A stretch of 64,000 bases of DNA from positions 90,242-154,241 of the forward strand of contig ARRL01000002.1 of assembly GCA_000385055.1 (NCBI GenBank). The letters are read 5' to 3'. Below the pieces are notes generated by a model. It was not told the origin of the DNA. It worked only from the letters and a program-made list of their open reading frames with translations, and made no database searches. How positions within the stretch are numbered: position 1 is the stretch's first letter; each line of letters starts with the position of its first letter. This document shows, piece by piece, positions 28,281 to 39,288 of the stretch. The stretch comes from a gamma proteobacterium SCGC AAA168-P09 (GTDB taxonomy: Bacteria; Pseudomonadota; Gammaproteobacteria; Magnimaribacterales; D2472). The position numbers and the translations under genes are program-made.

Positions 28281-29844
28281 TATTGTCTTCACCAGCTGCT
28301 TTCAATGCAGCCTCACCAGCAAAATATTCTTTATGATCATCTCCCATATCAGATCCTGACATGTTTTGATGTTTAACACATGCAATTCCTTCTCTAATCT
28401 CTTTTCTTTGAACATTAGCTACATAGCCCAACATTCCCTGGTCACCAAAATATTCTTTTGCTAAATTATCGGTTGATAAAGCAGCAGTATGATAAGTTGG
28501 TAGTGTTATTAAATGATGAAAAATTCCTGCTTCTCTTGCAGCATCAGCTTGGAAGGTTCGTATTTTATTATCTGCCTCTATTGCTAATTCAGTCTCATCA
28601 TAAGAAACATTCATAAGATCATTTCTGTCATATGCTGTAATATCTTTACCTTCTTTTTCCATTGAATCAAAAACTTGTTGTCTAAAGTTTAGAGTCCAGT
28701 TGAAAGAAGGACTATTGTTGTATACAAGTTTTGCATTTGGAACAACTTTTTTAATTTCATCCATCATTGCTCCAATTTGGCCAATATGAGGTTTTTCTGT
28801 CTCTATCCAGATTAAGTCTGCACCATTTTGTAAACTAGTTATAGAATCTAAGATACAGCGAGCTTCACCAGTACCTTCTTTAAATTGATACAGATTACTT
28901 GGAAGTCTTTTGGGCCTAACAAGCTTTCCATCTTGATTAATCATTACATCACCATGCTTCATGCTTGATCCATCAACCTCTTCAACATCTAAAAATGAGT
29001 TGTACTGGTCTCCTAAATCTCCTTTCTCGTTGGTTATAGCAATTTGTTTAGTTAGACCTGCGCCTAGTGAGTCTGTTCTTGCAACTATGATTCCGTCATC
29101 TACACCGAGCTCTAAAAATGCGTATCTAACTGCATTAATTTTAGCAAGGAAGTCTGCATGAGGAACAGTAACCTTTCCATCTTGGTGACCACATTGTTTT
29201 TCATCAGAAACCTGATTTTCAATTTGAATAGCGCATGCTCCTGCCTCAATCATCTGTTTTGCCATTAAGTAGGTAGCTTCTTCATTACCAAAACCTGCAT
29301 CTATATCTGCAATTATTGGAACAACATGTGTTTGAAAATTATCTATATTATTTTGTATTTCTTGTTTATCAGATTCATTTGCCTTATCTAATTTTCTATA
29401 TAGATCACCTAATTCTCTTGCATCTGCCTGTCTTAAGAATGTATATAGCTCAGCAATTAAACTAGCAACAGATGTTTTTTCATGCATGGATTGATCCGGA
29501 AGAGGGCCAAATTCTGATCTAAGTGCAGCAATCATCCATCCTGATAGGTATAAATATTTTTTTTCAGTTGTTTGAAAATGTTTCTTGATAGATATTAATT
29601 TTTGTTGGCCAATAAAACCATGCCAACAGCCAAGTGACTGTGTATATTTAGATGAATCTTTATCGTATTCATTCATATCTTTTCTCATAATTGCAGCTGT
29701 ATATTTTGCTATGTCTAATCCAGTTTTAAAACGATTCTGCATTCTCATTCTTGCAACATATTCTGGACTTATTGAGCTCCAGTTTAAAGTAGACATCTCT
29801 GGAATATTTGATGCATTATTTTTATTATCTATATGTTTTGTCAT
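28264..29844 (-). CDS. aceA: isocitrate lyase (long, Pseudomonas-type)
   Basis: 526 aa. Has a KQCGHQDGK variant of the ICL KKCGH signature and the PEP-mutase/ICL fold motif DADAGFG-like (DIDAGFGNEE). Confidence 0.88.
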   Translation of the reverse strand: MTKHIDNKNNASNIPEMSTLNWSSISPEYVARMRMQNRFKTGLDIAKYTAAIMRKDMNEYDKDSSKYTQSLGCWHGFIGQQKLISIKKHFQTTEKKYLYLSGWMIAALRSEFGPLPDQSMHEKTSVASLIAELYTFLRQADARELGDLYRKLDKANESDKQEIQNNIDNFQTHVVPIIADIDAGFGNEEATYLMAKQMIEAGACAIQIENQVSDEKQCGHQDGKVTVPHADFLAKINAVRYAFLELGVDDGIIVARTDSLGAGLTKQIAITNEKGDLGDQYNSFLDVEEVDGSSMKHGDVMINQDGKLVRPKRLPSNLYQFKEGTGEARCILDSITSLQNGADLIWIETEKPHIGQIGAMMDEIKKVVPNAKLVYNNSPSFNWTLNFRQQVFDSMEKEGKDITAYDRNDLMNVSYDETELAIEADNKIRTFQADAAREAGIFHHLITLPTYHTAALSTDNLAKEYFGDQGMLGYVANVQRKEIREGIACVKHQNMSGSDMGDDHKEYFAGEAALKAAGEDNTMNQF

Positions 29845-29984
29845 TAGAACACCCTATAAGAAAAGATTATGTAGTGTAGTAAATATTATTAGGTATTTTA
29901 TGTCAACATAAACATATAAACATTGATTTAAAAGGGTTTATAGATATTATTATTTGTAGTTTGACTACAGTTTAATGGTAGCAA

Positions 29985-31340
29985 TTAGCTTTTTGATAAG
30001 TTTCTGGAAATTCCAATATACAACTTTGGCTCTAATGATAATAACTTTTCTTTTGATTTGATTGTTATGTCGAGAGATTCAACAAAACTCATATAGCTAT
30101 CCTTGTTTAATTTTGCCCCTCTAGAAAGATTTTTAAGTTGTTCATAAGCATCAGGAATACCCTCGTATCTCATTATTGTCTGAACTGCCTCAGTTAAAAC
30201 TTCCCAATTATCATCGAGCTCATAAGAAATTTTAGATTTATTAGGTATAATTTTTTCAAGTCCTTTATTTGTTGAAACTAATGCAAGAGCAGAATATCCA
30301 AAGCCTAATCCTATATTTCTCAGAACAGTTGAATCAGAAAGATCTCTTTGATGTCTTGATTTAGTTAGCTTATTGGCAAAAAATTCCATCAATGCATTAG
30401 ATAATCCAAAGTTTCCTTCTGCATTTTCAAAATCTATTGGATTAACTTTATGCGGCATAGTAGAAGATCCAACTTCGTTCTTTAAAAGTTTTAATGAAAA
30501 GATATCATTTGATATGTATATCCAGACATCCTGACATAGATCAATAAAAATATTATTTAACCTCATAATTGTATGACTAACATCGGCAATCCAATCATGT
30601 GGTTCAATTTGGGTTGTGTATTCATTATGTGTAACTCCAAATTTATTTATAAATTTTTTATTAAATTTAACCCAATTAATTTTTTCATCTACAATTTTAA
30701 ACGTATGATAATTCCCGGTCGCTCCACTAAACTTTGCAAGAGGCTTAATTGACTTTAAATGATTTAATTCTCTGTTAACTCTTTCATGAAAAACTTTAAA
30801 CTCTTTACCTAATGTCGAAGGGGAGGCTGCTTGACCATGAGTTCTAGCTAAAAATGGTTGACTAGCCCATCTAATTGAATTTCTTTTTAAAGATCTATTT
30901 ACTTTATTAAGATCATTAATAAATATTGATATACCTTTTTTTATCATATATGCATAGCTTAAAGAATTTATATCTTCACTTGTTAAGCCAAAATGAATGA
31001 GATGAGTATAGGTTGCAAGAACTTTATCTTTTAAAAAGTGATCTCTTATATAGTACTCTACGGCCTTAACATCATGATTGGTTGTTGATTCAATCTTTTT
31101 TATACTTAATACTGATTTGTTATCAAAATTATTTTTAAATGCATTTATCTTTTTAATAGATTCTTTTGATATTGGCTTAAATGTTTTTGGTAATTGAGTA
31201 CATAAATATAGAATCCATTCAATTTCTATATCAAATCTTATTTTTATAAGAGCAGACTCGCTGAAGTTCTGTCTTAAAGCAGATATTTTTGAGGCGTATC
31301 TACTATCAAGTGGTGAAATGTTATCGTGATGAAATTTCAT
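29985..31340 (-). CDS. purB: adenylosuccinate lyase
   Basis: 451 aa. Fumarate-lyase signature GSSTMPHKVNP, with an SPLDSRY N-terminus. Confidence 0.93.
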   Translation of the reverse strand: MKFHHDNISPLDSRYASKISALRQNFSESALIKIRFDIEIEWILYLCTQLPKTFKPISKESIKKINAFKNNFDNKSVLSIKKIESTTNHDVKAVEYYIRDHFLKDKVLATYTHLIHFGLTSEDINSLSYAYMIKKGISIFINDLNKVNRSLKRNSIRWASQPFLARTHGQAASPSTLGKEFKVFHERVNRELNHLKSIKPLAKFSGATGNYHTFKIVDEKINWVKFNKKFINKFGVTHNEYTTQIEPHDWIADVSHTIMRLNNIFIDLCQDVWIYISNDIFSLKLLKNEVGSSTMPHKVNPIDFENAEGNFGLSNALMEFFANKLTKSRHQRDLSDSTVLRNIGLGFGYSALALVSTNKGLEKIIPNKSKISYELDDNWEVLTEAVQTIMRYEGIPDAYEQLKNLSRGAKLNKDSYMSFVESLDITIKSKEKLLSLEPKLYIGISRNLSKS

Positions 31341-31380
31341 AAAATTTTGTATTATCTTTTAAATTCTTAAGAATTATATA

Positions 31381-32460
31381 TCAAAAAGTATTGGTAATAA
31401 TTCCCCCACCCAAACATATATTATTATTATAAAAAACTGCAGATTGACCAGGTGCAATAGCTCTAATTGGATCAGAAAATAATATTTTATAAATATCGTT
31501 ATCATAAATAATTTTACAATTGACGGGAGTATGCTGATGCCTTACCTGTATACTGCAATCTAAAGGTAGTTTGTAGTTTATATTATTTATCCAGTTTATA
31601 TTTTCTACATACAAACCTTCATTCATCAGTAGTTTATTACTCCCACCCTGACATACATGAACAACATTTTTAATAATATCTTTCTTGTATACATACCAGG
31701 GTAGTTCATCCCTTCCTTTAACACCACCAATCATTAGGCCTTGTCGTTGTCCTTGTGTATATAGGACAGCCCCTTGATGTTCACCAATAACATTGCCTTC
31801 TTCATCTTTAATAGGACCTTTTATAAGTTTAATAAATCTATTTAAAAAGTCTTTTAAATTTCTTTCACCTATAAAGCAAATTCCAACAGAGTCTTTTTTA
31901 TTTGCTGTTATTAATCCATTATTTTTTGCAATAGCTCGAACTTCAGATTTTGTTAAGTTTTCAAGAGGAAATAAACATTTACTAAACTCCTTTTCATTAA
32001 CTTCGTGTAAGAAATAAGTTTGATCTTTATCTATATCTTTGGCTCTTGCTAGATATTTGATTCCATTGATAGTTTTTAATTTTGCATAATGCCCAGTTGC
32101 TATATAATCAGCTCCTATCTTAAAAGCATAATCAAGAAATGATTTAAATTTAATTTCCCTATTGCATAAAATATCTGGGTTTGGAGTTCTTCCTTTTTCA
32201 TGCTCGCTAAGAAAGTTTGTAAATACTCTATCCCAATACTCATCTGAAAAATTTGCTCGATGTAACGGGATATTTAGCTTGTCACATACATCAGACGCAT
32301 CTTTGAAATCTATCTCAGAAGTGCAAATCTCACCAGGTTCTGATTGCCAATTTTGCATAAATAATGCTTTAACATCATATCCAGCTTCTTTTAATAAAAA
32401 GGCAGATACTGATGAGTCCACACCTCCAGAAAGACCTACAACAACTGTTTTTTTACTCAT
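31381..32460 (-). CDS. mnmA: tRNA 2-thiouridine(34) synthase
   Basis: 359 aa. PP-loop GLSGGVDSSV, plus NPDILCN and ATGHYA motifs. Confidence 0.93.
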   Translation of the reverse strand: MSKKTVVVGLSGGVDSSVSAFLLKEAGYDVKALFMQNWQSEPGEICTSEIDFKDASDVCDKLNIPLHRANFSDEYWDRVFTNFLSEHEKGRTPNPDILCNREIKFKSFLDYAFKIGADYIATGHYAKLKTINGIKYLARAKDIDKDQTYFLHEVNEKEFSKCLFPLENLTKSEVRAIAKNNGLITANKKDSVGICFIGERNLKDFLNRFIKLIKGPIKDEEGNVIGEHQGAVLYTQGQRQGLMIGGVKGRDELPWYVYKKDIIKNVVHVCQGGSNKLLMNEGLYVENINWINNINYKLPLDCSIQVRHQHTPVNCKIIYDNDIYKILFSDPIRAIAPGQSAVFYNNNICLGGGIITNTF

Positions 32461-32556
32461 TTTCTTTGTTTTTATGCATATTATATTGTATCAATTAATA
32501 GTATAATTGTTGCCGTTCAAATCTCTTAAATCTAAATGTAAGGACCGTTAATTTAA

Positions 32557-33810
32557 ATGAAATTTAATAAAATAAAGGAACCAAAATCTGGACAAAAAAT
32601 ATCATATATCGATGGTGTATTAAATGTGCCTGACAACCCAATTATACCTTACATAGAAGGTGATGGTATTGGTGTTGATATAACACCTCCTATGATAAAT
32701 GTTGTTGATAATGCAGTAAAAATTGCTTATGAGGGCAAAAGAAAAATAGAGTGGATGGAAGTTTTTTGTGGTGAAAAATCTACAAAAATTTATGAAAAAG
32801 ACACTTGGCTACCAGACGAAACAATAGAGGCTCTTAAAGAATATGTTGTTAGCATTAAAGGACCTTTAACAACTCCTGTTGGTGGTGGAATAAGATCATT
32901 AAATGTTTCACTTCGTCAAATTTTAGATTTGTATGTATGCCTTAGGCCAATTAGGTATTTTGATGGTGTTCCGTCACCTGTTAAAAGACCACAAGATACT
33001 GATATGGTTATTTTTAGAGAAAACTCTGAAGATATATATTGCGGTATAGAATTTAAAGCAGAATCTGATGAATCTAAGAAAATTGTAAAAACTCTTGAAG
33101 AAGAATTTGGAATAGTTCAAATAAGATTCCCTGATACTGTCGGTATCGGTGTTAAACCAATTTCAAAAGAGGGCACTTCTAGACTTGTAAAAAAAGCTAT
33201 TGATTATGCGATAGATAATGACAGAAGTTCAGTCACTTTGGTGCACAAAGGTAATATTATGAAATATACAGAAGGTGCATTTAGGGATTGGGGCTACGAA
33301 CTTGCAAAGAGTTCATACAATGCATCAGATTTAGATGGTGGACCCTGGCAAGTAATTAAAAACCCAAAAAATGGTAAAAATATTATTATTAATGACGTTA
33401 TTTGTGATGCTTTTCTTCAACAAATTCTTCTTAGACCAAAAGATTATGATGTAATAGCTACTATGAATTTAAATGGAGATTATATCTCTGATGCATTAGC
33501 AGCCTGTGTTGGTGGTATAGGTATAGCTCCTGGTGCAAACATATCAGATCAATATGCAGTTTTTGAAGCCACACACGGTACTGCGCCAAAGTATGCCGGT
33601 CAAGATAAAGTAAATCCTGGTAGTTTAATTTTATCAGCTGAAATGATGCTAAGACATATGGGGTGGACTGAAGCTGCAGATTTAATCATATCTTCAATGG
33701 AAAAAACCATACTTGCAAAGAAAGTTACCTATGACTTTGAAAGAATGATGGATGGTGCTGATTTAGTATCATGTTCAGGCTTTGGTGAAGAAATGATAAA
33801 AAGGATGTAA
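32557..33810 (+). CDS. icd: NADP-dependent isocitrate dehydrogenase (dimeric type)
   Basis: 417 aa. Has [13 protein letters not shown] (Ser corresponding to the phospho-site region), [13 protein letters not shown] and HGTAPKYAG. Confidence 0.93.
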   Translation: MKFNKIKEPKSGQKISYIDGVLNVPDNPIIPYIEGDGIGVDITPPMINVVDNAVKIAYEGKRKIEWMEVFCGEKSTKIYEKDTWLPDETIEALKEYVVSIKGPLTTPVGGGIRSLNVSLRQILDLYVCLRPIRYFDGVPSPVKRPQDTDMVIFRENSEDIYCGIEFKAESDESKKIVKTLEEEFGIVQIRFPDTVGIGVKPISKEGTSRLVKKAIDYAIDNDRSSVTLVHKGNIMKYTEGAFRDWGYELAKSSYNASDLDGGPWQVIKNPKNGKNIIINDVICDAFLQQILLRPKDYDVIATMNLNGDYISDALAACVGGIGIAPGANISDQYAVFEATHGTAPKYAGQDKVNPGSLILSAEMMLRHMGWTEAADLIISSMEKTILAKKVTYDFERMMDGADLVSCSGFGEEMIKRM

Positions 33811-34148
33811 TGACAAGACTGTCAAAAGATACCATAGATTCATCAAATGATTTAGGTTCAGCAGTATTAGAGAAAGACCCAGAACTTAAAGAGCCACCAT
33901 TATACCAAGTTGTACTCATTAATGATGACTATACACCAATGGAGTTTGTCGTATATGTTCTTCAAACAGTCTTTAGTCATACTCATGAAAAATCAACACA
34001 AATAATGATGGCAGTTCATACTCAAGGCAAAGGAGTTTGTGGTATATTTTCTAAAGAGATTGCTGAGATGATGTCATATGAAGTTAATAATATGGCTAAA
34101 CATCACAACCATCCATTATTGAGTGAAATTGAACCATTAAGTGATTAA
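33810..34148 (+). CDS. clpS: ATP-dependent Clp protease adaptor ClpS
   Basis: 112 aa. Has PPLYQVVLINDDYTPMEFVVYVL. Start overlaps the icd stop (TAATG). Confidence 0.9.
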   Translation: MTRLSKDTIDSSNDLGSAVLEKDPELKEPPLYQVVLINDDYTPMEFVVYVLQTVFSHTHEKSTQIMMAVHTQGKGVCGIFSKEIAEMMSYEVNNMAKHHNHPLLSEIEPLSD

Positions 34149-34150
34149 AT

Positions 34151-36397
34151 ATGTTTAGTAAAGATTTAGAAGTTTCGATAGCAAATTTATTTGATAAAGC
34201 CAACGAAATAAACATACAGTACCTCACTGTAGAACATCTATTTTTAATGATTTTAAATGACTTTGATGTTAAAGACTTTATTGAATCTAACGATGTAAAG
34301 GTCGAATCATTAAAAGATGAATTAAATGATCATTTAAAAAAATCCAGCATCATGAGGGCCGACACTCAGAAACCAGTTCAACCAACACTTGGTTTTCAAA
34401 GGGTTTTACAAAGATCGGTTTTTCATATTCAATCATCCGGAAAGGGAGTTGTTAAACCGATAAATATTCTTGTTGCCATATTTTCAGAAAAAGAATCGAG
34501 ATCTGTATACCTTTTAAATAAAAACAATATAAACCGTCTAGATGTTGTTACCTATATATCGCATGGCTCACCCCAAAAATCTGAACAAAATAACCCTGAA
34601 TCTATTAATGAAGATGAGGCAGAGGGTCCTACCAAAAAATCTGAAGAAAATGCTTACCTTATTAATTTAAACAATCTGGTTAACGAAAATAAGATTGATA
34701 ACTTAATCGGAAGAACAAAAGAAGTAGAAAGACTTATTCAAATTCTTTCACGAAGAACTAAAAATAATCCCTTACTTGTTGGAGAATCTGGAGTTGGTAA
34801 AACTGCTATTGCTGAAGGCTTAGCATATTTAATTTGCAATAATAAAGTGCCAAAAATTTTAGACGATTCAATTATATACTCCTTAGATATTGCTGCTCTA
34901 ATAGCTGGCACTAAATATAGAGGTGATTTTGAAAAACGACTGAAAGAGGTTTTAAAATTTCTTGAAAACAAAGATAAAGCAATTTTATTTATAGATGAAA
35001 TTCATACCATAATTGGTGCTGGTTCTGCATCAGGCGGCTCTTTAGATGTATCTAATCTACTAAAACCTGCGCTAGGCAAAGGTTCACTTAGATGTATTGG
35101 TTCAACAACTTTTCAAGAATACAGAGGCATCTTTGATCAAAATCAGGCACTCTCAAGAAGATTTCAAAAGATAGATATAGTAGAACCTTCATATGATGAA
35201 TGCCTTGAAATACTAGATGGCATAAAAGGTATTTATGAAGAATATCATAATGTTACTTATTCAATTGATGCAATTAAGTCATCCGTTGATCTCTCATCAA
35301 AATATATAAATGATAGATTTTTACCAGATAAAGCTATCGATGTAATAGATGAGACTGGAGCAATGTTGAACATAACTAGAAAAAATAAAAAAAATATAAC
35401 AGTAAATCAAAGAGATATTGAAAAAACAATTTCAAAAATTACAAAAATTCCAGAGCAAAGTATTACAGTTTCTGACAAAAAAGACTTAAAGAATTTAGAA
35501 GAAAATTTAAAAAGAGTTATTTTTGGCCAAGATCTTGCTGTTGAGACATTATCTAGCGCTATTAAGCTATCTAGAGTTGGCTTAAGAGATGATAATAAAA
35601 CAATAGGATCTTTTCTTTTTACCGGTCCCACTGGTGTTGGTAAAACAGAAATATCAAAACAGCTTTCAGAAATAATGGGAATTGATCTTGTCCGTTTTGA
35701 TATGAGTGAGTATATGGAACGACATACTGTATCAAGACTTATAGGAGCTCCTCCGGGATATGTGGGTTTTGATCAGGGAGGCCTTTTAACAGAAGCTATT
35801 GTTAAATCACCTCATTGTGTGTTGCTGCTTGATGAGATTGAAAAAGCACACCCTGATATATTCAATATACTTCTTCAAGTTATGGATGCTGGCGTTCTTA
35901 CTGACAATAATGGTAGAAAGGCTGATTTTAGAAATGTAATACTCATTATGACAACCAATATTGGTGCTGAGCTTCTAGCAAAGAGAAATATAGGTTTTAG
36001 CGAATCATCTAATGAGACAGATGCAATGAACTCACTAAATAAACTCTTTACACCAGAATTTAGAAATAGATTAGATGAGACTATTCAATTTAATTATCTT
36101 GAAAAATCAATTATCTTATCTATTGTTGATAAATTCTTAACAAAACTTCAAGCTCAGTTAGATAAAAGAAATGTAGAAATAGTTGTCTCCAAAGCAGTTA
36201 TAAGTTGGATAGCTGATAATGGCTATGACAAAGAGATGGGTGCTAGACCTATGGAGAGATTTATTTCTAAAAATATTAAAAAACCATTAGTTGATAAATT
36301 ATTGTTCGGCAATCTTAAGGCTGGTGGACAAATTAAACTAGATATAGAATCTGACAATCTTAAGTTCACTGAAATAAAAGAGAAGGTTAAAGTCTAG
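34151..36397 (+). CDS. clpA: ATP-dependent Clp protease ATP-binding subunit ClpA
   Basis: 748 aa. Two AAA+ modules (GESGVGKT, GPTGVGKT) with no middle coiled-coil domain. Confidence 0.95.
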   Translation: MFSKDLEVSIANLFDKANEINIQYLTVEHLFLMILNDFDVKDFIESNDVKVESLKDELNDHLKKSSIMRADTQKPVQPTLGFQRVLQRSVFHIQSSGKGVVKPINILVAIFSEKESRSVYLLNKNNINRLDVVTYISHGSPQKSEQNNPESINEDEAEGPTKKSEENAYLINLNNLVNENKIDNLIGRTKEVERLIQILSRRTKNNPLLVGESGVGKTAIAEGLAYLICNNKVPKILDDSIIYSLDIAALIAGTKYRGDFEKRLKEVLKFLENKDKAILFIDEIHTIIGAGSASGGSLDVSNLLKPALGKGSLRCIGSTTFQEYRGIFDQNQALSRRFQKIDIVEPSYDECLEILDGIKGIYEEYHNVTYSIDAIKSSVDLSSKYINDRFLPDKAIDVIDETGAMLNITRKNKKNITVNQRDIEKTISKITKIPEQSITVSDKKDLKNLEENLKRVIFGQDLAVETLSSAIKLSRVGLRDDNKTIGSFLFTGPTGVGKTEISKQLSEIMGIDLVRFDMSEYMERHTVSRLIGAPPGYVGFDQGGLLTEAIVKSPHCVLLLDEIEKAHPDIFNILLQVMDAGVLTDNNGRKADFRNVILIMTTNIGAELLAKRNIGFSESSNETDAMNSLNKLFTPEFRNRLDETIQFNYLEKSIILSIVDKFLTKLQAQLDKRNVEIVVSKAVISWIADNGYDKEMGARPMERFISKNIKKPLVDKLLFGNLKAGGQIKLDIESDNLKFTEIKEKVKV

Positions 36398-36414
36398 ACG
36401 TTTTCCATGACCTA

Positions 36415-37335
36415 ATGATAAAAAATAATTTAGCTAATATTATTTTTGTTATATCTTCATTTCTTGTTATTTTCTTTATTCACCCAATTCTTTCTATAAT
36501 TTTAGGAATATTATTTGCAACGTTCTTTAAAGATAAAGCAAAGGTAATTTCAAAAAAAATTGGATCATACCCATTACAAATAGGAATAGTTTTTCTTGGT
36601 TTAACAATTGGTCTAGATACTCTAACCCCAGTAATTAAAGATTATTTAATTTGGGTGTCCATCTTTGTCATATTTTCATTTTTGATTTGCTTTTCAATTG
36701 GCAGATTAGTTGGCTTAGATTCTAAATTAAATCTATTGCTATCAAGTGGTTCAGCTATTTGTGGAGCAACTGCTATGGCATTAGTCTCACCTTTAATCAA
36801 GGCCAAACCCCAAACTTTGCTCATATCTTTAGCTATAATTTTTACTCTAAACACTATCGCAATTATTTTATTTCCAATTATTGGCTCATATTTAGGCATG
36901 AGCTCTTATGAATTTGGAGCTTTTTCAGCACTTGCGATTCACGATACTGCTTCAGTTATAGGATCAGCACTTCAGTTTGATAGAAATTCTGTAGAAGTTG
37001 CTACTGCTCTTAAAGTTATGAGAACTTTATGGCTCATTCCTTTAATTATTATTTTAAATTACCAATTTAATACAAATAAGATTAAGAATGCATTTCCTCT
37101 ATTTATAGTATTTTTTATTTTTGCTATCTATATATCAAATGCGATAAATTTTTCTTACGAAACTATTTTGTATTTAAATATTTTAAGTAAAACTTTTATT
37201 GCATATGGAATTTTTACAATAGGGCTTCAATCATCAAATTTAGACTTAAGTCTTATCAAAGCAAAACCGCTAATAACCGCAATAAGTGTTTGGTTTATAG
37301 TTATACCAGTTGCTTACTTTGTAGCAATTAGCTAA
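36415..37335 (+). CDS. YeiH/UPF0324-family membrane protein (putative sulfate exporter family)
   Basis: 306 aa with about 9 TM. LSSGSAICGATAMALVSP resembles the conserved YeiH-family SICG motif. Confidence 0.55.
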   Translation: MIKNNLANIIFVISSFLVIFFIHPILSIILGILFATFFKDKAKVISKKIGSYPLQIGIVFLGLTIGLDTLTPVIKDYLIWVSIFVIFSFLICFSIGRLVGLDSKLNLLLSSGSAICGATAMALVSPLIKAKPQTLLISLAIIFTLNTIAIILFPIIGSYLGMSSYEFGAFSALAIHDTASVIGSALQFDRNSVEVATALKVMRTLWLIPLIIILNYQFNTNKIKNAFPLFIVFFIFAIYISNAINFSYETILYLNILSKTFIAYGIFTIGLQSSNLDLSLIKAKPLITAISVWFIVIPVAYFVAIS

Positions 37336-37347
37336 TTGAAGATAAAA

Positions 37348-38385
37348 CTAATTTTTATATGATGGTGTTGAGTTTAAAATTGTTAGCTCTTCATCATTCA
37401 TGTCAGGCAGTATATCTTCAAATAATAAACTTGAGAGATATCTTTCAGCTGTATCAGCTAACATGCATAGTATTGTTGAGCCTTTGGGAGCTTTATTTGC
37501 AACTTCCATTGCTACAGCAAAAGTTGAGCCACCTGAAATTCCAGTTAATATACCTTCTTCAGCTGCAAGTTTTTGAGACCATTTAATGCCATTAGATCCA
37601 GCAACTGGAATTATTTCATCAATAAATTCTTTATCTATAGCTTCTTGTAATACCAAGGGTATAAAATCAGTAGTCCATCCTTGGATTGGATGTGGGTTCC
37701 AATCAGGATGAGATAGGGCAGGAGCACCATCATCTGTTCTTTCTTGAGATTTTCCTTTTGCAACTAGTGGTGCAACATCAGGCTCAGCCATTATTAATTT
37801 TGTTTCTGGCATAAATTCTCTTAAAACCCTAGATACACCTGCAAATGTTCCACCAGTGCCATATCCTGATACCCAATAGTCTAATCCTAATTCATTGAAA
37901 TCAGATACTATTTCTTGACCTGTTGTAGATTCATGGATATTTGCATTTGCTTCATTTTCAAACTGTCTTGCATAAAACCAACCGTTTTGATCTGCTAGTT
38001 CTTTTGCTTTTTTGTAAGCCCCTGAACCAGCTTCTGATGCTGGAGTTATAATAACTTTAGCTCCTAAAAATCTCATCATCTTCCTTCTTTCTATTGACGC
38101 GCTTTCTGGCATTGTAATTACACATGGATAATTTTTTGCAGCACAAACAAAGGCAAGTCCAATACCAGTATTACCACTTGTTGCTTCTACAACCGTTTGA
38201 CCTGGTTTTAAAACACCTTGTTTTTCAGCTTCATCTATAATGCTAAATGCCAAACGATCTTTTACAGAAGAAGCTGGGTTAAAGTACTCAGCTTTAACAT
38301 ACAAATTAATTCCATCTGGAGCTAAATTATTTATTTTTACAACAGGTGTTTTACCTATGGTGCTTAAAATACTTGGATATATCAT
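37348..38385 (-). CDS. cysteine synthase / O-acetylserine sulfhydrylase-type PLP enzyme (long variant)
   Basis: 345 aa. PLP lysine motif SVKDR, plus TSGNTGIGLA and GTGGT. Has an insert (GKSQERTDDGAPALSHPDWNPHPIQG) relative to classic CysK. Confidence 0.75.
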   Translation of the reverse strand: MIYPSILSTIGKTPVVKINNLAPDGINLYVKAEYFNPASSVKDRLAFSIIDEAEKQGVLKPGQTVVEATSGNTGIGLAFVCAAKNYPCVITMPESASIERRKMMRFLGAKVIITPASEAGSGAYKKAKELADQNGWFYARQFENEANANIHESTTGQEIVSDFNELGLDYWVSGYGTGGTFAGVSRVLREFMPETKLIMAEPDVAPLVAKGKSQERTDDGAPALSHPDWNPHPIQGWTTDFIPLVLQEAIDKEFIDEIIPVAGSNGIKWSQKLAAEEGILTGISGGSTFAVAMEVANKAPKGSTILCMLADTAERYLSSLLFEDILPDMNDEELTILNSTPSYKN

Positions 38386-38555
38386 ATTGAATAAGTTAAA
38401 AAAAAATCGATTTTATCACAATAACTGTGTTTATAAATAATCTTCTAAAGTAGTAATTTATTTATAAAAAATTTACATTATTTTTAATTAATATCTAATT
38501 ATTCACTCGCTAAATATATTAGTATTAAACTTTAATCTAATTGGGAGAACTTTTT

Positions 38556-39239
38556 ATGAAAAAAATAATAATGCATTTAAGTGCAATATTCTTAGTAACT
38601 TTAAATTTATCTGCATCAGTGCCTGAGGGAGCTTTTACATCCTTACATGTAAAAGTAAAGGATGTTGATGCCTATATAAACTATATGAAAGAAAATACTG
38701 ACGCTTTTAAAATGATAGATTCTGATGTTGCTGGTGTTTGTGTTGTAAAAACTGGTAATGAATATCCAGGAGAAATGTTTGTATGGAATGCTTTTCCAAG
38801 CGTAGAGAAGGCTTTTATAACTTCTGAGTTATACGATCCAATGAATCCGCCAAAAGAATTTAATAAATTAAGAAAGGTTCTTTATTCTGTTACATGGAAA
38901 CCTATAAAAGAATTTGAATTAAATCCTGGATATGAAAGGCTTTGGAGAATTAAGACAAGCGATGTTAGAGCTCTAGCTAATGACATGACAAAACTTGAAA
39001 AAGAACTTCAAAAAGCTGGGCATAACATGAGAATTGGTGTTTTCGAGCCAATGGGTGGAGGTACTGAAAATGTACATCTAAGAGTAGTAACTAATACAGC
39101 TGCTGAAAATGGGAGGGTTGTTGATGAATATTATGCAGGAGCATCATATGGAAAGATATGGGATCAAGCATTTGCAAAATATGTTACTGAAGTTGTTAGA
39201 GAGACAACAGAGTTTTGTCAAATTGTATACACTAAATAA
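38556..39239 (+). CDS. secreted protein of unknown function built from two tandem ~100-aa repeats
   Basis: ATG at 38556 is preceded by GGGAGA (the ORF track begins at TTG 38541). Has a signal peptide. The two halves align (DVDAYINYM vs DVRALANDM; ..KEF vs ..TEF). Confidence 0.6.
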   Translation: MKKIIMHLSAIFLVTLNLSASVPEGAFTSLHVKVKDVDAYINYMKENTDAFKMIDSDVAGVCVVKTGNEYPGEMFVWNAFPSVEKAFITSELYDPMNPPKEFNKLRKVLYSVTWKPIKEFELNPGYERLWRIKTSDVRALANDMTKLEKELQKAGHNMRIGVFEPMGGGTENVHLRVVTNTAAENGRVVDEYYAGASYGKIWDQAFAKYVTEVVRETTEFCQIVYTK

Positions 39240-39246
39240 TTTCTAA

Positions 39247-39276
39247 TAAAAAAGGGGCTTAAAAGCCCCTTTATTT
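39247..39276. terminator. bidirectional rho-independent terminator between convergent genes
   Basis: Stem aaaggggct / agccccttt with loop taaa, flanked by an A-run upstream and a T-rich tract downstream. It can therefore serve both strands. Confidence 0.7.
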
Positions 39277-39288
39277 ATTATGTCTATT

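Noticed and set aside
29585-29911. A 108-aa plus-strand ORF spanning the aceA 5-prime end and its upstream region.
   Set aside because: It is mostly antisense to isocitrate lyase, with no family resemblance. The remaining portion is probably the aceA promoter.
32162-32506. A 114-aa plus-strand ORF overlapping the mnmA 5-prime end.
   Set aside because: It is antisense to the PP-loop region of mnmA, so it is a shadow frame.
38386-38555. Large intergenic gaps (also 12393-12565, 29845-29984, 43056-43185) inspected for tRNA, SRP/6S-type RNAs, riboswitches or CRISPR repeats.
   Set aside because: The sequence is uniformly AT-rich with no extended GC-supported helices, no cloverleaf-compatible stems and no direct repeats. 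They are more consistent with promoters and UTRs.
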